A program made the translations under genes and the position numbers. A DNA stretch of 63,972 nucleotides, filler included, from Rhabdomonas costata (taxonomy: Eukaryota), in NCBI GenBank assembly GCA_019059605.1. It is 41 parts of 41 records of this genome, joined end to end, with 100 filler letters (N's around TTAATTAATTAA, not from the genome) between each part and the next. Parts side by side here need not be neighbours in the genome. Positions count along the whole stretch, not along the records: positions 50,005 to 51,466 come from JAHMHO010015324.1; positions 51,567 to 53,028 come from JAHMHO010015325.1; positions 53,129 to 54,590 come from JAHMHO010015326.1; positions 54,691 to 56,152 come from JAHMHO010015327.1; positions 56,253 to 57,714 come from JAHMHO010015328.1; positions 57,815 to 59,274 come from JAHMHO010015329.1; positions 59,375 to 60,836 come from JAHMHO010015330.1; positions 60,937 to 62,395 come from JAHMHO010015331.1; 33 more parts are not named here. The stretch is one strand, 5' to 3'. Numbering within the stretch: position 1 is the first letter of the stretch; each line of letters begins with the position of its first letter. A model generated the notes under the pieces. That model saw nothing but the letters and a program-made list of their open reading frames with translations, made no database searches and was not told where the DNA came from. Shown piece after piece: positions 51,063 through 63,972 of the stretch.

Positions 51063-54000
51063 CTACGGGAAAGCGGCAGCATCACTTCAAAAGGTCCACA
51101 GAGATGGTAGGGCAAAGCGATTCATTGCATTTCTTGCTTCGGCCCGTGCCATGTCAAAAGCAAGGGCATGGAAAAAGCAACGGAAACGCCAATCGTAAAT
51201 CTCGAGAAGGAGTACAGAAAAGCACCTGAACCAAGGAGCTTCAAGTGCGCAGGGAGCCAAATCTATCAGCGATCCAGAAAGTAAAGAACCCAAAACCTTC
51301 CAATCGCTTGAGGACAATCGGTCGCGTATGCATTCCTAATCCCCCCCCCCAAAAAAAAACTCGGAAAGCAGGAACTTTACCTATCACCAACTTAAAGCTT
51401 AAATGAGACCATCCAAAAAATTTGCGCCTACCGGTTTGACGTCTCAAACGTTTAACACCACCCCACNNNNNNNNNNNNNNNNNNNNNNNNNNNNNNNNNN
51501 NNNNNNNNNNTTAATTAATTAANNNNNNNNNNNNNNNNNNNNNNNNNNNNNNNNNNNNNNNNNNNNCCACCCCTCATCTCCTTTTTTCTTTTGCTTTTGG
51601 CTGCTCGGCCTTGCGCTGGTTTCTGAACACGGGACATGCATTCCGAGGGAGAGGAGGAGGAGGCATGAGACATTCGAAATTCGGGAGGCTGAAAAAAGGC
51701 ACATCAGTTTGCAAGCCAACTCACTCCGGAGTGGGGCGATGAGTACAGTTTTATTTGCGCGAACTACCAAACTATCAATTTCACTGCACTATTCTGCAAT
51801 GTTCCTAAAATTCCACAAATATTACAGGATAGCTTCCTGACCCGACTCACGCAATAATGCGAACTGTAGGTAGTTACAAGCATCGAATGTGTGATTTTGG
51901 TGGGCAAAGGTGACTGAGAGCCATTTTGCCTTTCGCTGGGATGGAGACCGGTGGTTTTTGAACATACGCAGTCGGTGCCGTCGATAAACCCTCCGCTGCA
52001 CCGAAGAAGAAGAGGAGGGAAGCTTGATCTCAGGACTTCGCAGGAGGGAGGAGGCTGGCAGGGAAGTTGCCGCCCATGCCACAAGCACCACGGGTTGAGG
52101 CTCGCGACGCTGTCATAAAAGGAGCGTTCTTCTATTCTTCTGTTCGTTATAGCCTTCTTCTTTTTCGTCTGCTCTATTGACAGTTTCTTATCCCACCTTT
52201 CCTTATACCGCGCAGCACGACAAGTTTGTGGGGGTTCACGAGGGGTACTTACAGCTGCAGCGCGAAAAGGCCCTTGAGGAGTTGTGCACATCCTTCCTTC
52301 TCCTGGAGGGTACGGGCGATGCTGTTTTATTGGGTTTTTAGGGAAACAGCGCTCATCAGTCGACGTTTTCCCGTGTTTTGGTAGGCTGCGAAAAAAAGGA
52401 TAAGACCGACAGCCTTCGCTTCGCCAACCTCGGCTTCCAGGCATGTTTGTCGCGTCCATTCATGCCTGCTCCACATTTGAAATCCCCAGCTATGCCAACC
52501 CTCGCACTAGGAGATCTCTGAAGAGCGCCAAATCTTTCTCGCCTTAACCCTGGGATTTGCCAACAATTCCGGGAAATTTTTGCGGAAATTGTGCAATTAG
52601 TCTTTGGAACGTTGACAAACAAAACTGAACGAACGTTTCCTTCTGAGACATTTTTTACATGAAGATTCCGGGCGAAGATCATTCTTCGCCTTTGCTGATA
52701 TTGACCTTTGATATATTTCTGTGCTTCATCCGGCATTCCTTTCCGCACTTTTTGTCCAACACAACAAAACAGCTGTCGACATTTGTTCATAGTTTTTCTT
52801 TGTTTCGGGAATGTCGTCGACAAATTCCCCTCCTTTCCAGCAGCTGCGTCGCCTGTGGGTTTCTAGATCGCCAACCTCCGGTGGTACCTTGGTGACTTCA
52901 GTGGCGCCAAAGAAAATCTTAAGGTGTGAACTCAAGTTCTCTCCCTCCCTTACCAGCGGACTCTCCAGAAAAACAGCAGAAAAACAGGACAGTTTGCCCT
53001 CAATGTCGAAGTACTGAGTCCAAAAACCNNNNNNNNNNNNNNNNNNNNNNNNNNNNNNNNNNNNNNNNNNNNTTAATTAATTAANNNNNNNNNNNNNNNN
53101 NNNNNNNNNNNNNNNNNNNNNNNNNNNNGGTGTTGGGGCAGGTACCGGTGTTTATATTTATGCATACTCAAGTTGCCTTGGGGAGCACTCTGAATTTATG
53201 CTTGCATGAGGGGATGTTCCAAGATTTTCTGTGAAACTTAATGTGGTATGCAATGTACCGGCAAGTCCAAGCCGAGAAAAATACCAGCTTGCTATGAAAT
53301 ATTTGGTAAAGGTGGGATATAGTCGATGTCCTGGTTTCACCGATTTCACCCGATTTTTGGTCTAATACCCCTGCAACATCTCACATCTCACGATAAATGT
53401 TGCTTGTTACGTCGTTCGTTGTTTCCTTGATAGGGGGGAGGGGGTTGGAGGCTCCTTTTCAGAGATGGATGCCGCTTTTGTCCTCCGAAGGTTCAGGACC
53501 AGCCCAAGATGCGCAGCCTGTTCGCTGACCTCCCCGTGGTTGTGGTACGGAACTGGAGTACTGTCACGGTGGCCTTCTTGGAGGCCCAGTGGGCCGCGCT
53601 GCGCGCTCGGCGGTTTGACTGGGAGAGGCTCTTTGTGTACTTTTATCTCGAGCGGATTCTGGCGCTGGCTGGCCGGGGCTGAAGAGCTCGCATACCGTGC
53701 GTTCGTCGACTTGGACCAGCACATGTTGTGGCCACTTGTTTTTCAAGTATTGCACTTTTCACAGTGAGGTTCTGTGGAAGTGGTTGTAGTGGGTCCGCCG
53801 TCTCCCTTTGGTGTAAGAGCCAATTCGAAGGATGAATGGCACAACAAGTGCCGCGCGGTGGAATATCAATGCCGAAGAATCGCAGGAAGCGAATCTACCA
53901 AATCTAAGAATCCAAATTTCGGCGCAAGAAGTGGTGGAGTGTGAACCTTTCTCGTGCAGCAAACAGCAGTGTTGGTATAGACCCCTGTGCCCAAACGGAG

Positions 54001-57000
54001 CAAATTTTGCGTCGCGGTTATCAACGGAGGTTTGCTTATCTATTCGTAATGTTTCTCTACGTGTGTGTGGATGATTCGACGCTTGCCTAGGACCGTGAGA
54101 CCAGAGTTTAGGGGCAGATCGGCTCGCAGTATATCAAATCACAGCAATTCCAACCCTTCACTGTCCAATGTTGGATCAGTCAGGATTTCGAGCTCACTGT
54201 GCGACTATCCTCCGATTATTGGATTGTTCGGTCTCAGCGAACTGTTTCCAATCAGTCCAAACAACTTTGTAAGTCAGGCAATCGTTACCTTTTTATGAAA
54301 CACTGAATAGCACACGCCGATTTGCAGTGTTCTTTTCTCTTTTGCATAGTATTCTTCGTCGCACTGTGTGCACATTTGAGTTTTTCCATTTTCCAGACCC
54401 CCCCACCCGCTAGTCCGCACCCTTCGCCTCATCGATCCATGGCCAGCAGTAATACTGTACCCTCTGGTTCCAGCAGTAGCACTGCGTCAATTGCCAGAGA
54501 CCCTTCGGGCGGCGCCTCGGAGGTTCTTGTAGTGGAGCGGCTGCAGGGCCGCGCCCTCGTGGATGAGGTTATTGCGCTGTACAACCACACNNNNNNNNNN
54601 NNNNNNNNNNNNNNNNNNNNNNNNNNNNNNNNNNTTAATTAATTAANNNNNNNNNNNNNNNNNNNNNNNNNNNNNNNNNNNNNNNNNNNNTGTGGTTTTT
54701 TCCTGTCTCCCTAGATCGCGGCAAGACTGCCGCCGCCGTTCTGTTGTCCGTATTCGTTCTGTTTTGTCGTTTGAGAGAATCATGGATTCCGCACAGGCGG
54801 AGTGCGATGGACTTCTGGCTGAGCTGGGCGAGTACTTGAGATACGTGGTAGTGATAGATCCGGAGGTGGAGTGCTCTGTGGTGGTGGAGGTGGGAGGCGG
54901 GAGGTGGAGGTAGTGTGCTGTGCAGGCAGACGAAGAAATGTGTGCGGTACGGCTTCTTGTTCTTCTTCTTTTTTTTTTTTTGCTTTTTTTTTGCTGCGGG
55001 TAGAGACATGACCATAGGTGGATTCCTGTTTTAACATAAAGTGTCCCTTCAATGTTTGCTGGGCTAGGGGGCATGACTAGACCCACAACCGACGATTCAG
55101 ACTCCAGCACCAACCAGCACCCAATGACCCCAAGCACGCACATCCCGCTCCGATGCATTTTTCAGGACGGCCGACCGTACTCAGTGTCCAAATGGCATGT
55201 CCGCCCAACGGCAGGGCTGGCGTTGCTTCTGAGGGCGCTGCGGCCTAATATGCACACAACACATCACAAGGCCTCCCAGGCTTGGGGCTGTGCGGCCCGC
55301 TTTGAGGAGGCTTGCCCCGAAGGTGCGCATTTATCGAGTGCGTTTGAAGAGAAGGGGTCTCCTCAGCGCTTTCGGATTGGGAATTGGGTTATGCCTTGTC
55401 GTACCGTTTTCTTTTTCGATTTTCATTCTTCTTTGAACTCCTGCCATCATGATGTGTTTGCGCGCGTACGATTACCGAAGGACTACTTTGCGATGACTAT
55501 GGAATGTGGGCCCAATGTGTGTGGGTGCTTAAGGTTTGACGCCGTTCAGGCTTAGGGACTTTACTGCCTTGATTGGGACCGCAATAGTTGAGGCGCAGTC
55601 GTGTGGGCGGATGAGTCGGGGAGGTGCCATGGGGTTCATCTGCGATTCTGACTCGTTTTTTTTGAACAACAATTTTTTTGTGTTTCCGACCACAGGGGTT
55701 AGGTATTCTTTGCCAATGCCTTTGCCTGCAGACGATTTTTAAGTTTTAACTTTTCGACCATTAAAACTAAATTAAAATTGTTAACACCCCCTCCCTCCAA
55801 AAAATGCAAGATCACCTTACCCTCCCTAAGGGAAGATGTGCGTCGACTCTGAGGTGGTGCATGGTATCCACAATGTTCAGGAAGTGACAATCTCTCTCCT
55901 CAGCTTAGGTTGTTACCCTGAGTAAGTTGCAGGGGTTCGAACTAACGCCTTCAGTCTCAGAACAGAATTCGAACGGCCACACTTTCTCACCACAGGCAGC
56001 CACTGTCAAAGGATCCACGTCACCGCTGAAGGGTGGGACAAAAAGCGGCCGTGGACTCAGCGCACTTGGCATGGGTACCGCACCGTGAACACCCCACCTC
56101 CTACCGCCCCGACACAGTTCACCGTCAGTCTTGCCCCCCAAACACACCAACCNNNNNNNNNNNNNNNNNNNNNNNNNNNNNNNNNNNNNNNNNNNNTTAA
56201 TTAATTAANNNNNNNNNNNNNNNNNNNNNNNNNNNNNNNNNNNNNNNNNNNNCGACAAGGTGAGCGGAGACGGAGGTCGAATTTCAGACTCTTTTAAGCC
56301 AGCTCCTGGCAAAATGCTAGGTAAGGCTACCTATTCACAGCTGGTAAAGAGATCAGAGAGCAAGAGAGCAGGTGAGAGACGGATGGCCGATATAGTTACA
56401 GTGGGAAAGACCACGGGTGAGACAGAGAGCCATGCCACTGGATGGAGGCCGCATGGAATGTGAATGCGTGCACACAACCCGACTGCAGTGATTCAGGTAG
56501 TGTGTTTTCGGAGTTTTTTAGAGGAAGAAGGATGCATCCACAGTGTTTTCCAGAGTTTTCACAGGTGAAAGAGACGATGAGGTCGAGATCTCAGAAAATC
56601 TTCACAGACTAGGCCTCAGCCGATGCAGGCGGAGAAAACGGACAGGTGTGGTGTGCTACAAAGGGGCAGTTTGAAAGGTGATGGTCCCTTCTTTTGTCTA
56701 GGATTTCAAATGTTACGTTAGGTGTTGAAGAAATCCAAAACGTGGTCAGGTTGTTTGTTTTACAGAGTGTTTTTCTCGTTATTTTTTCCTGTTGTTGTTA
56801 TGTAGGTGCCATAAAAGAACCACAGCAGAGCCGCGGGCCAGAGCCGAGCGGAGACCAGGAGGCCCGGCAGAGGGTACAGAGGGCGGTGGGTTTGCAGAGC
56901 GTGTGGTGGTGTGAACGCCGCAGAGTTACACATGACAGGGTGTGGGAAGTCTTGAGCCCCTTCCATATACTTCTCTTTGTGGTGGTAGTATGGGAAAGGC

Positions 57001-60000
57001 ATAAGCGGCGATACCCGCCCAGCAAAACCCATCCAAAAACCCAGAAGGTGTGACTCAGAAGGTGTAACCGCGCGTTCGGGTCCTTCTGACCAGCGCTCGG
57101 TGGGTCCTTGAGCGGTGAGCACAAGCTTTCGTCTGATTTTGGTTTTTCAGGAGTTTTCCAGGAAATTTGGCACACAGTAGATTGACCACAATGCCTCTTT
57201 TTTTAGTTCGCCAAATGAAAGTGTCACCGCGGTATATTCAATTTTCTTTGAATTTTTCCAGTCCTGCCAAACGATTATGATCTTCGTGATAGACGGGATC
57301 GGTTTTCAGAACCGATAATAATCGCACCTTTGACCTTTGCAGGTATTGAACGAGGAGCATGATGCACGTCTCCCGGAGGGCAGAGAAATCCCACACACAG
57401 AAAAAACGACGTCCGACAAGCAAGAAGTGACCCACAAGTGCACGCATCCTCACGTGCAAGCATGGTACAAGCGAAAGGCCAGGATTTGCACACGCTGTAC
57501 AGGACACCGATAGATGGCGGGGGGAGCCCCACAACGAAGGACGAGACCCTGCTGCCACCCTTTGGTGGACGACCGCACACTCCCAAAGGTGAGGCGATGC
57601 CGTCCTCCATTCCTTTTGGAGCTAATATCACAGCAGAGCCCCCAAAGGCACCCCACGGGACAGGGAAAATGGTTCAACTCAAGTGGTACATCACAACATC
57701 CCGTAAGAACACAANNNNNNNNNNNNNNNNNNNNNNNNNNNNNNNNNNNNNNNNNNNNTTAATTAATTAANNNNNNNNNNNNNNNNNNNNNNNNNNNNNN
57801 NNNNNNNNNNNNNNGGTGTGTGTGGGGGGTGGTTTGAACTGAATGCATGACTTCCTTTGGCTATTCCCATATGGACTGCAAGAGAAGCTTTGCAAGGGTT
57901 TAAGAAGCGTTGAGTTAACGGCGTTCGGCTTTTCATTCTTCTGCGCAGGCCGGTGCCGATGGTGTGCTGCGCACCGACGGGGGTTCGTAATGCGTACATT
58001 TGTGTGCGGATGCCTGTGTGTGCCTGCCTGTGTGTTCCTGTTGTGCATGTCTGCATGGTTTCCAGTGACTGCCCCTGCCTGGCGCCTGTTTTATTCCGTC
58101 GGGCACCGTGTCGTTTGGCTTGTAGTTCGTGAGCGTTCCGTCTTGCAAGGATGAGTTTAGCATTGGTGTATTGTGCGCGCAGTCTTCTTCGAAATCGATG
58201 AGGTTCTTTTTTCAGCTTTTCAGACGTCGAATGCTCTCCTAGGCGTAACTCGCAGGCTGATCGTTCCAGGCCCCCTCCCCGCCCTTCTTCAGTACCGAAT
58301 TTTTTCGCGGGTTTCCTCAAAATCGTGCCGTGGTATTGGAGGGGTGTGTGGTGCTTAACAGAGTAGTTCACTGTGCAGAAATGGGGTTCTGTAGTGGTTA
58401 ACTCTGCAAATCACCAATGCTTGGGGGGGAGACTGCGTGTGTGAACCCGAAACCCGACTGTAGATCCCTGTGCCACCTGTGCCACCCAGCAAAGTTTCTG
58501 TGGGTACCAGCATCTCCACTCAATAGTGATTATATGATTGGTTTCCGCCTTTTTACAAAGGCGTTTTCCCCCTCTGCGATCCAGCATCACTTTGCTGAAC
58601 AGCGCAAAGAAGCAATAATCTACAGGATGAGCAGAAACTTTGGTTTCAGAGAGTTTTAGGCTTGGCCATCGACTGCTTGGCTATCAACCTGGTTTGCATC
58701 CTTCTCGCATCCATGCGCCTCCGTGCCCGTCGGTGCGAGGCGAGGTTGCGGGGTTTTTTGTTTTACAGCCTTTTGTGTCAATAGTGGCTGAAGGTGTTTG
58801 TTGTAATCCTCCTGCTACAGCGAGGTCTGGTTGATGGTTGATAATAGATGAAGGATACACCAAATCTTGTTGGTGCTGACGTGGCAGTTCTGAAGATTTT
58901 CATTATGCTTAGTGGAGACGATGTACACTTGCTTTTAATTCCTTGTCCAGCACCCTTCTCCTTCTGGAATCCTTCCTTGGATCCTCAAAATCCTATGTCC
59001 GGGTGCTAAGGAACGACCACCTTTTTCCTTCCTTTTTCTTTCCCAGGCACTTTTTTATTTTCGTGTCCTGCCCGTTCTTGCGCGCCCTTGCCCGCTGACC
59101 GCTATTCACCTCTGTGTGTCATCGGATCAATATGGACGACAAGCTGGTATAGTGCACCCTCCCCTCTCCCTCAGGGTTGCTTGTTGAACCAAAGTGGAGG
59201 AAACCATTCCACGGCAATAGTTGCGCATAGTTCCAGGGCAATAGTTGCGCCAAAGTTCCAGGGCAACACAAACANNNNNNNNNNNNNNNNNNNNNNNNNN
59301 NNNNNNNNNNNNNNNNNNTTAATTAATTAANNNNNNNNNNNNNNNNNNNNNNNNNNNNNNNNNNNNNNNNNNNNGGTTGTTTTTCTCTTCTGTCTTTGGT
59401 TTCGTCTTCCGGTCTTCGGTTTCTGTCTCCGTCTTCTTGTTTCCATGGGAGTTGTGTATTGGGGTTTAGTTCTCTGTTTATTTCAGCTGCATGGCCGTTT
59501 TAGCCCTGAGTGGCAGGTGATTTCGCTTTTTGTGTGGTAACATGGTAGGACTGTGCAGCATTGGGGGCATTGGTTTTTGCTTGTCTTGAAGTCGCACTAC
59601 TGTCACTCTTTGGTAAGGTCTCCCTTTAGTAAAGCGTTCCTCGGGTTGCAGTCATGCCAACGCGATGTAGCCGAACGAGCTGAGCCTCTCAGAGCAAGAT
59701 AAGGCCACGATCGTGCAAGTGTCAGACGGGTGGTCAGCGGATGGTCGCCAACTCATGGAGTTGAGGCAGGACCTGCTGGAGTGGGTGCCGGTAGCCAAAG
59801 TGCTATGCGGGCCTCTCGCCGGTGAACCGAGCGGGGACTCAACGAAAGCCCAGACCCACGCTGGGGGTATATGCGATTTCGTACGCGTAACACCACGTGT
59901 CATGGGTATCGTTGATGGGATCACCATGGTGTATCCTATTGAGGATCTACGTCATGCCCACAAGCGCGTACACTGGTAACCCACAGAGGTTGAACCAGAG

Positions 60001-62560
60001 ACCGACTACGGTTAGGTCAGGTACGTGAGAGAACCACCTACGTGTGTACTCGCAAGCTATGTAACGGTATGCCAGGTATGCAACTACGGCTCGTTACAGA
60101 TGTGGAAAGGCTCAGAGAAAGTGCTGTTAGCTGGACACTGTGAAACGTCACGTAGCGGTGACAACGGTAGCGTGTGGCGACCATACACACAGACGTAGTG
60201 GAAGTGGTCTAGACAACCAACCACTGAATCGCATATGCCAACGGGACCAGCACCCACGGCAAGGAAAGAGCCAATGTGACGTAGTAGCATCGGCTGTAGT
60301 ACTTGTGGAGTGGAGTGGGCGAGTGCTGCCTCCTGACAGCAGATTCTCTCGCACTTCATAAACGTTCGATGAGCTTTCGTCATCCTCCTCCTCCAATTTC
60401 CGCCACAAAAGTGTCTCGGTGGTAACCAAAGGCTCTCCGGTAGTCATTGTCTACGACAACCACTTGGCCTACCACCTGTACCTGCTGACCTACAGTTGAG
60501 GTACATAGGGGTTATGTTCGCCCCGTTCCGAGTGTTTCAAAAACGTTTTTCCATTACTGAATGCGAGTTTACAAGGACGTTACATCAAATTACACTATTT
60601 ATTGCTTAAAGGCAGTCACCTATGAGCGAAGCCACATATTGCCTATTTAGAACCTTTGTATTCAAAAATGCGCCCAACATTGTCGCCCAAATTGTAGATG
60701 TGTTGAAGAGTTTGGGTGGTGATCCTGAAACCGGTCTTTCTAGTGCGGTAAACTGTTAAACACGTGTAGTATTACCAGCATTTTGTCTTCATTTTCTGAA
60801 AATAAATTGTAAAATAATACATTGCCAACACACCACNNNNNNNNNNNNNNNNNNNNNNNNNNNNNNNNNNNNNNNNNNNNTTAATTAATTAANNNNNNNN
60901 NNNNNNNNNNNNNNNNNNNNNNNNNNNNNNNNNNNNCGCATACTGTGTGTGTTTGGGTGTGGGGGGCAGAAATGCACAAGCGCTAACCATGTAAAAGAAG
61001 TGAAAGAGGCCCAGTGTTACTCAACCTTCGGAACACACAAGCGTGATAGGCACATCCGAGATGACCCAGAAAGATTCCGATATGGACTATGCATGTATGT
61101 ATGTACAACTTTCGAAAAAGCTCTGTGTCGTACTTAAGGACGTTTTCGCGTCTTGGCAAAGCGAATCGGCCAATTCGACCCCAGCAAAACGACTATGGCT
61201 ATTTACGTGAAAACCAGGAACCAATGATGCAATGGGAAGCAAACAAAGTGCAACATAGACCAGCAACTTCAGATGTACGAAAACCATCAGATGCAATCCA
61301 GAACAACCGCGAAGGGGAACCGAGTGCAAGTGGAGCCATTTACTCGCTATCTTTAAGAGCAAGGGAATTCATGTCACTCCCCCCCCACCCACTTTTTCAA
61401 ACAACCGTTGCAAATAGAAAAGGACACTGCAGGGGAACCATAAAACCACAAACCCACCAAACATCAGGTAGCCATGTACGCCAAATGGCAGAAAAGGTCC
61501 ACCGCACAAGGGCAGCAGAATAGATCGACAAAAAATCGAGAAACGAGACCAAAGTGCTGGCAGAAGCACTTTCATACCAGCGTCTAAGAAATCTAAGAAA
61601 TAAGAGTCATGCAGAGAAGCGCAGTGGATGAGTGGGAAGGGGGTGGGGGCGATAAAACGAAGTTATAACGAAGAAGACAAACTCCTCCCTAGATCCGATC
61701 AAACCCTTTTAACACACATTCACAAAAACGAAGGCTCAGACATAGCTGAGCAGGCGGGTAAACTCATAGCCGTCCACATAACAGCACCCACCCCCCGCAT
61801 CATGCTCGATGTATAAAATAATGTCTCGAAAAAGCTTATAGCGACTCAAGGAAAGAATCATCGTCGTCGAGGCCGACACTATCCCAAAAACTCTTGCACG
61901 TTCCTGTAAAAAAAAAAGACGAGAACCAAGCAACAAGTGAAGCAAAAGCGAAAACGCAAGTCCATCCACCAAGGAGTCAGAGTTTCTTGCGGGAGCAGGG
62001 CTTCCCCAACTTCCCTGGAACCCTGCCTCGCACAGTATAATTTCGCTGAAGGTGAACTCCTTTGTTTTCAGGTTCCCCTTCGAGGAAGTCGGGGTAAACC
62101 TTGCCCAAATAACTCGGTTCGGACAATAGCTGAAGCCACAGATTGATTCTGGCGGGAAAGAAACACTTGATGACCACACGTAATTTGTTGAAGGCGAGGG
62201 CCGTCCAAGCGGCACCCCCGGGAAAGACCAAGAAAAGGGAACCATTGCGGCCAAGCGTAATTGCTGGGCGAGTGTCCCGAGCGCAGCAACGCAGGCAGCA
62301 CGACAGTTCTGACGACATAGGGACGCCGCCCAGTTTTTGGGCAGACGAGGTTTCCCTGTGCATTCTTTCCCAAATGAATGACTCCCAACCCAACANNNNN
62401 NNNNNNNNNNNNNNNNNNNNNNNNNNNNNNNNNNNNNNNTTAATTAATTAANNNNNNNNNNNNNNNNNNNNNNNNNNNNNNNNNNNNNNNNNNNNGTTTT
62501 TGTTGGCCCTAGCATAAGGGCTTTGATTTCTTGCGAAGCTCGATGGTCCGCTTGTACTTC

Positions 62561-62562
<2 letters not shown>

Positions 62563-62602
<40 letters not shown>

Positions 62603-62608
62603 CGTGTG
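62563..62608. repeat. (GT)n/(CA)n microsatellite, representative of many (also ~3311-3336, 9385-9415, 16468-16495, 38646-38666)
   Basis: Tandem dinucleotide runs visible in the sequence. Confidence 0.95.
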
Positions 62609-63314
62609 AACAACGAACCTCCACCGAGGCCACAACGTTGGGATGCCGACCGAGCTCCAGAACACGGGACAATTCCAGCTGCAGTGTCCGCTTCGAAACC
62701 TGGTCACCCAAAAACTGGATGGCTAACAAAGCAAGTGAACGGAGCCTTTGTGGAGGGCGGGTGGTCCGACTTCTGGATGTTTACCACATCACAAAATATT
62801 AATAATATTAATGGAGCGAAAGGCGAAAGGTGCAAGCAAAGCAGGGCTGAGCCAAAGGAGGCCTGGGTTTCGAAAGGTACAAAACTAAAGTTCAAATCTA
62901 GCATGAGGCTTCGGCTTCTAACAACCTCGATACAGGAGAACCCGGCCACGTGTAAATGTCATGTGCACATCTTGTTTCAACGGAATCATTCCCATTTGTT
63001 CTTTGTTTCGGGTGAGACGAAAGAGCACCCGCCACATAAAAAACAGAAAACTAACATAATGAGCGCGGAGAGGAGAGCAAAAGAAGGACAAACAATCTCG
63101 ATGAGCAAAACTAATGTAAATTAACCCGGAATCAGGTTTTTGACGGTTGGTGGAAAGAGCCCACACCACGGCAACCAGAGATGTGAGCAGAAAGCAGGCA
63201 GGAGGAGTGCGTCGGACGACAAGGGCGAAGGGCAAAAACAGCATGGAAAAGCAGACAAGGTCTGCCAGAAAAGGTAGACCCGCCCGAATGCCCGAATGGG
63301 TGAAGAGAATCAAC

Positions 63315-63957
63315 CTGCTCCCCCACGTCGATGATCTTTAGCGCATACACAGTTCCAGAGCTCCGGTGCTTCGCCAGGCGTACTGAAGGAAAAACGCAGC
63401 GGGGTCACCCAGGCAACAACCAAAAGGGATCTTTGGAATCACACCACATCCACGGCGCTTGTTCTCCGTTTTTCTCTCTCTAGTTTCCCTCTATGATCAC
63501 TTGACCTCCGGGCCGTCTCCACCAAACTTGAACAAACAAACGGAAAAAAAGCGTTGCTGGAAGCCGGCTGGAGTCTACAAGCCATAACTCTGTGTGGCCG
63601 GTGTTCTCGCCGGTATATGCGCAGAGCGATGGCTCCAGCAACGTATGCACCTAGCAAAAACTCAGCTCCCTCTGCCAATAACGGGGCCACAACTGTTGCT
63701 GCGTTTCGGCAGAAACCCATAGAATGGAGAGATTTGGCGTGATTTTTCGCGCAGAGAGGCCGTTTAAGTAACGAAGTACTATGGATCACTTGCCTAAAAA
63801 CATTGACGACATCACCTCTTCCTTGGGCGCCCTCGCCAATGATGTGCCCAATCCGCAAGTCCGACCACTGGATCTTCCCCAAAAGCTCTGGGGAGTCCTC
63901 CGACACAATAACGTCGGGGCTCGAGACGCGGGTCACCCCCCCCGGCCGAACCGCCAC
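63315..63957 (-). CDS. MAP kinase kinase (STE7 family), exons 63957-63816 and 63382-63315, partial
   Basis: Spliced reading GKIQWSDLRIGHIIGEGAQGR|VRLAKHRSSGTVYALKIIDVGEQ gives the Gly loop and the YALK lysine with MAPKK-like context (DL....IG.G..G.V....H...G..YALK). The phase-1 intron fits. Confidence 0.8.
63433..63527. repeat. Dispersed ~95-bp repeat, copy 2, inside the MAPKK intron
   Basis: Matches 3672-3766. Confidence 0.85.
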
Positions 63958-63972
63958 CTGCTGTCCATTCAG

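Noticed and set aside
55925-56000. GTTCGAACCC (T-loop/B-box-like) on the minus strand, suggesting a tRNA or SINE
   Set aside because: No cloverleaf, acceptor stem or convincing A box could be built.
56985-57035. Minus-strand W....YAFP resembling a DIRS-element motif
   Set aside because: The frame closes quickly and no other DIRS domains are present, so a chance match is likely.
59213-59265. 24-25-bp tandem duplication GGCAATAGTTGCGC..AGTTCCAG
   Set aside because: Only about two units at a contig end, with no spacers or other structure.
59652-60500. ACGT-rich stretch that looks like decayed coding sequence
   Set aside because: Stops occur in all frames and no recognisable motif supports a call.
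1462-62495. Regularly spaced identical TTAATTAATTAA motif resembling a CRISPR-like or periodic array
   Set aside because: It is an N-flanked synthetic six-frame-stop linker. The ~1.56-kb period reflects contigs of similar length.
1-63972. Apparent clustering of genes (for example Rep next to EDC4) as an operon or system
   Set aside because: Neighbours are separated by artificial spacers, so there is no evidence of physical linkage.

Overview
This window is not one locus. It is 41 unrelated contigs of about 1.46 kb joined by an artificial 100-bp spacer (N44-TTAATTAATTAA-N44), so adjacency across spacers means nothing. The DNA is from an intron-rich microbial eukaryote with GT-AG introns and CA/AGAC microsatellites. 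Some proteins look euglenozoan-like, which is tentative. G/T-rich contig starts, C/A-rich contig ends and perfect fold-backs suggest whole-genome amplification. Recognisable exon fragments encode a DEAH helicase, class I HDAC, Sel1-repeat protein, CAMK-like kinase, GUF1/LepA, SERCA-type Ca-ATPase, ketopantoate reductase, BRCT domain, mitochondrial carrier-like protein, fucosyltransferase-like protein, EDC4/Ge-1, a GH161-like beta-1,3-glucan phosphorylase, a class III cyclase C-terminus and a MAPKK. The standout is contig 34383-35848. It can be reassembled into one intron-containing rolling-circle Rep gene (HUH endonuclease plus SF3-type helicase) with a multi-arm imperfect palindrome upstream, making it a candidate endogenous ssDNA virus or rolling-circle mobile element. 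All family assignments come from recognising motifs by eye; no database search was run.
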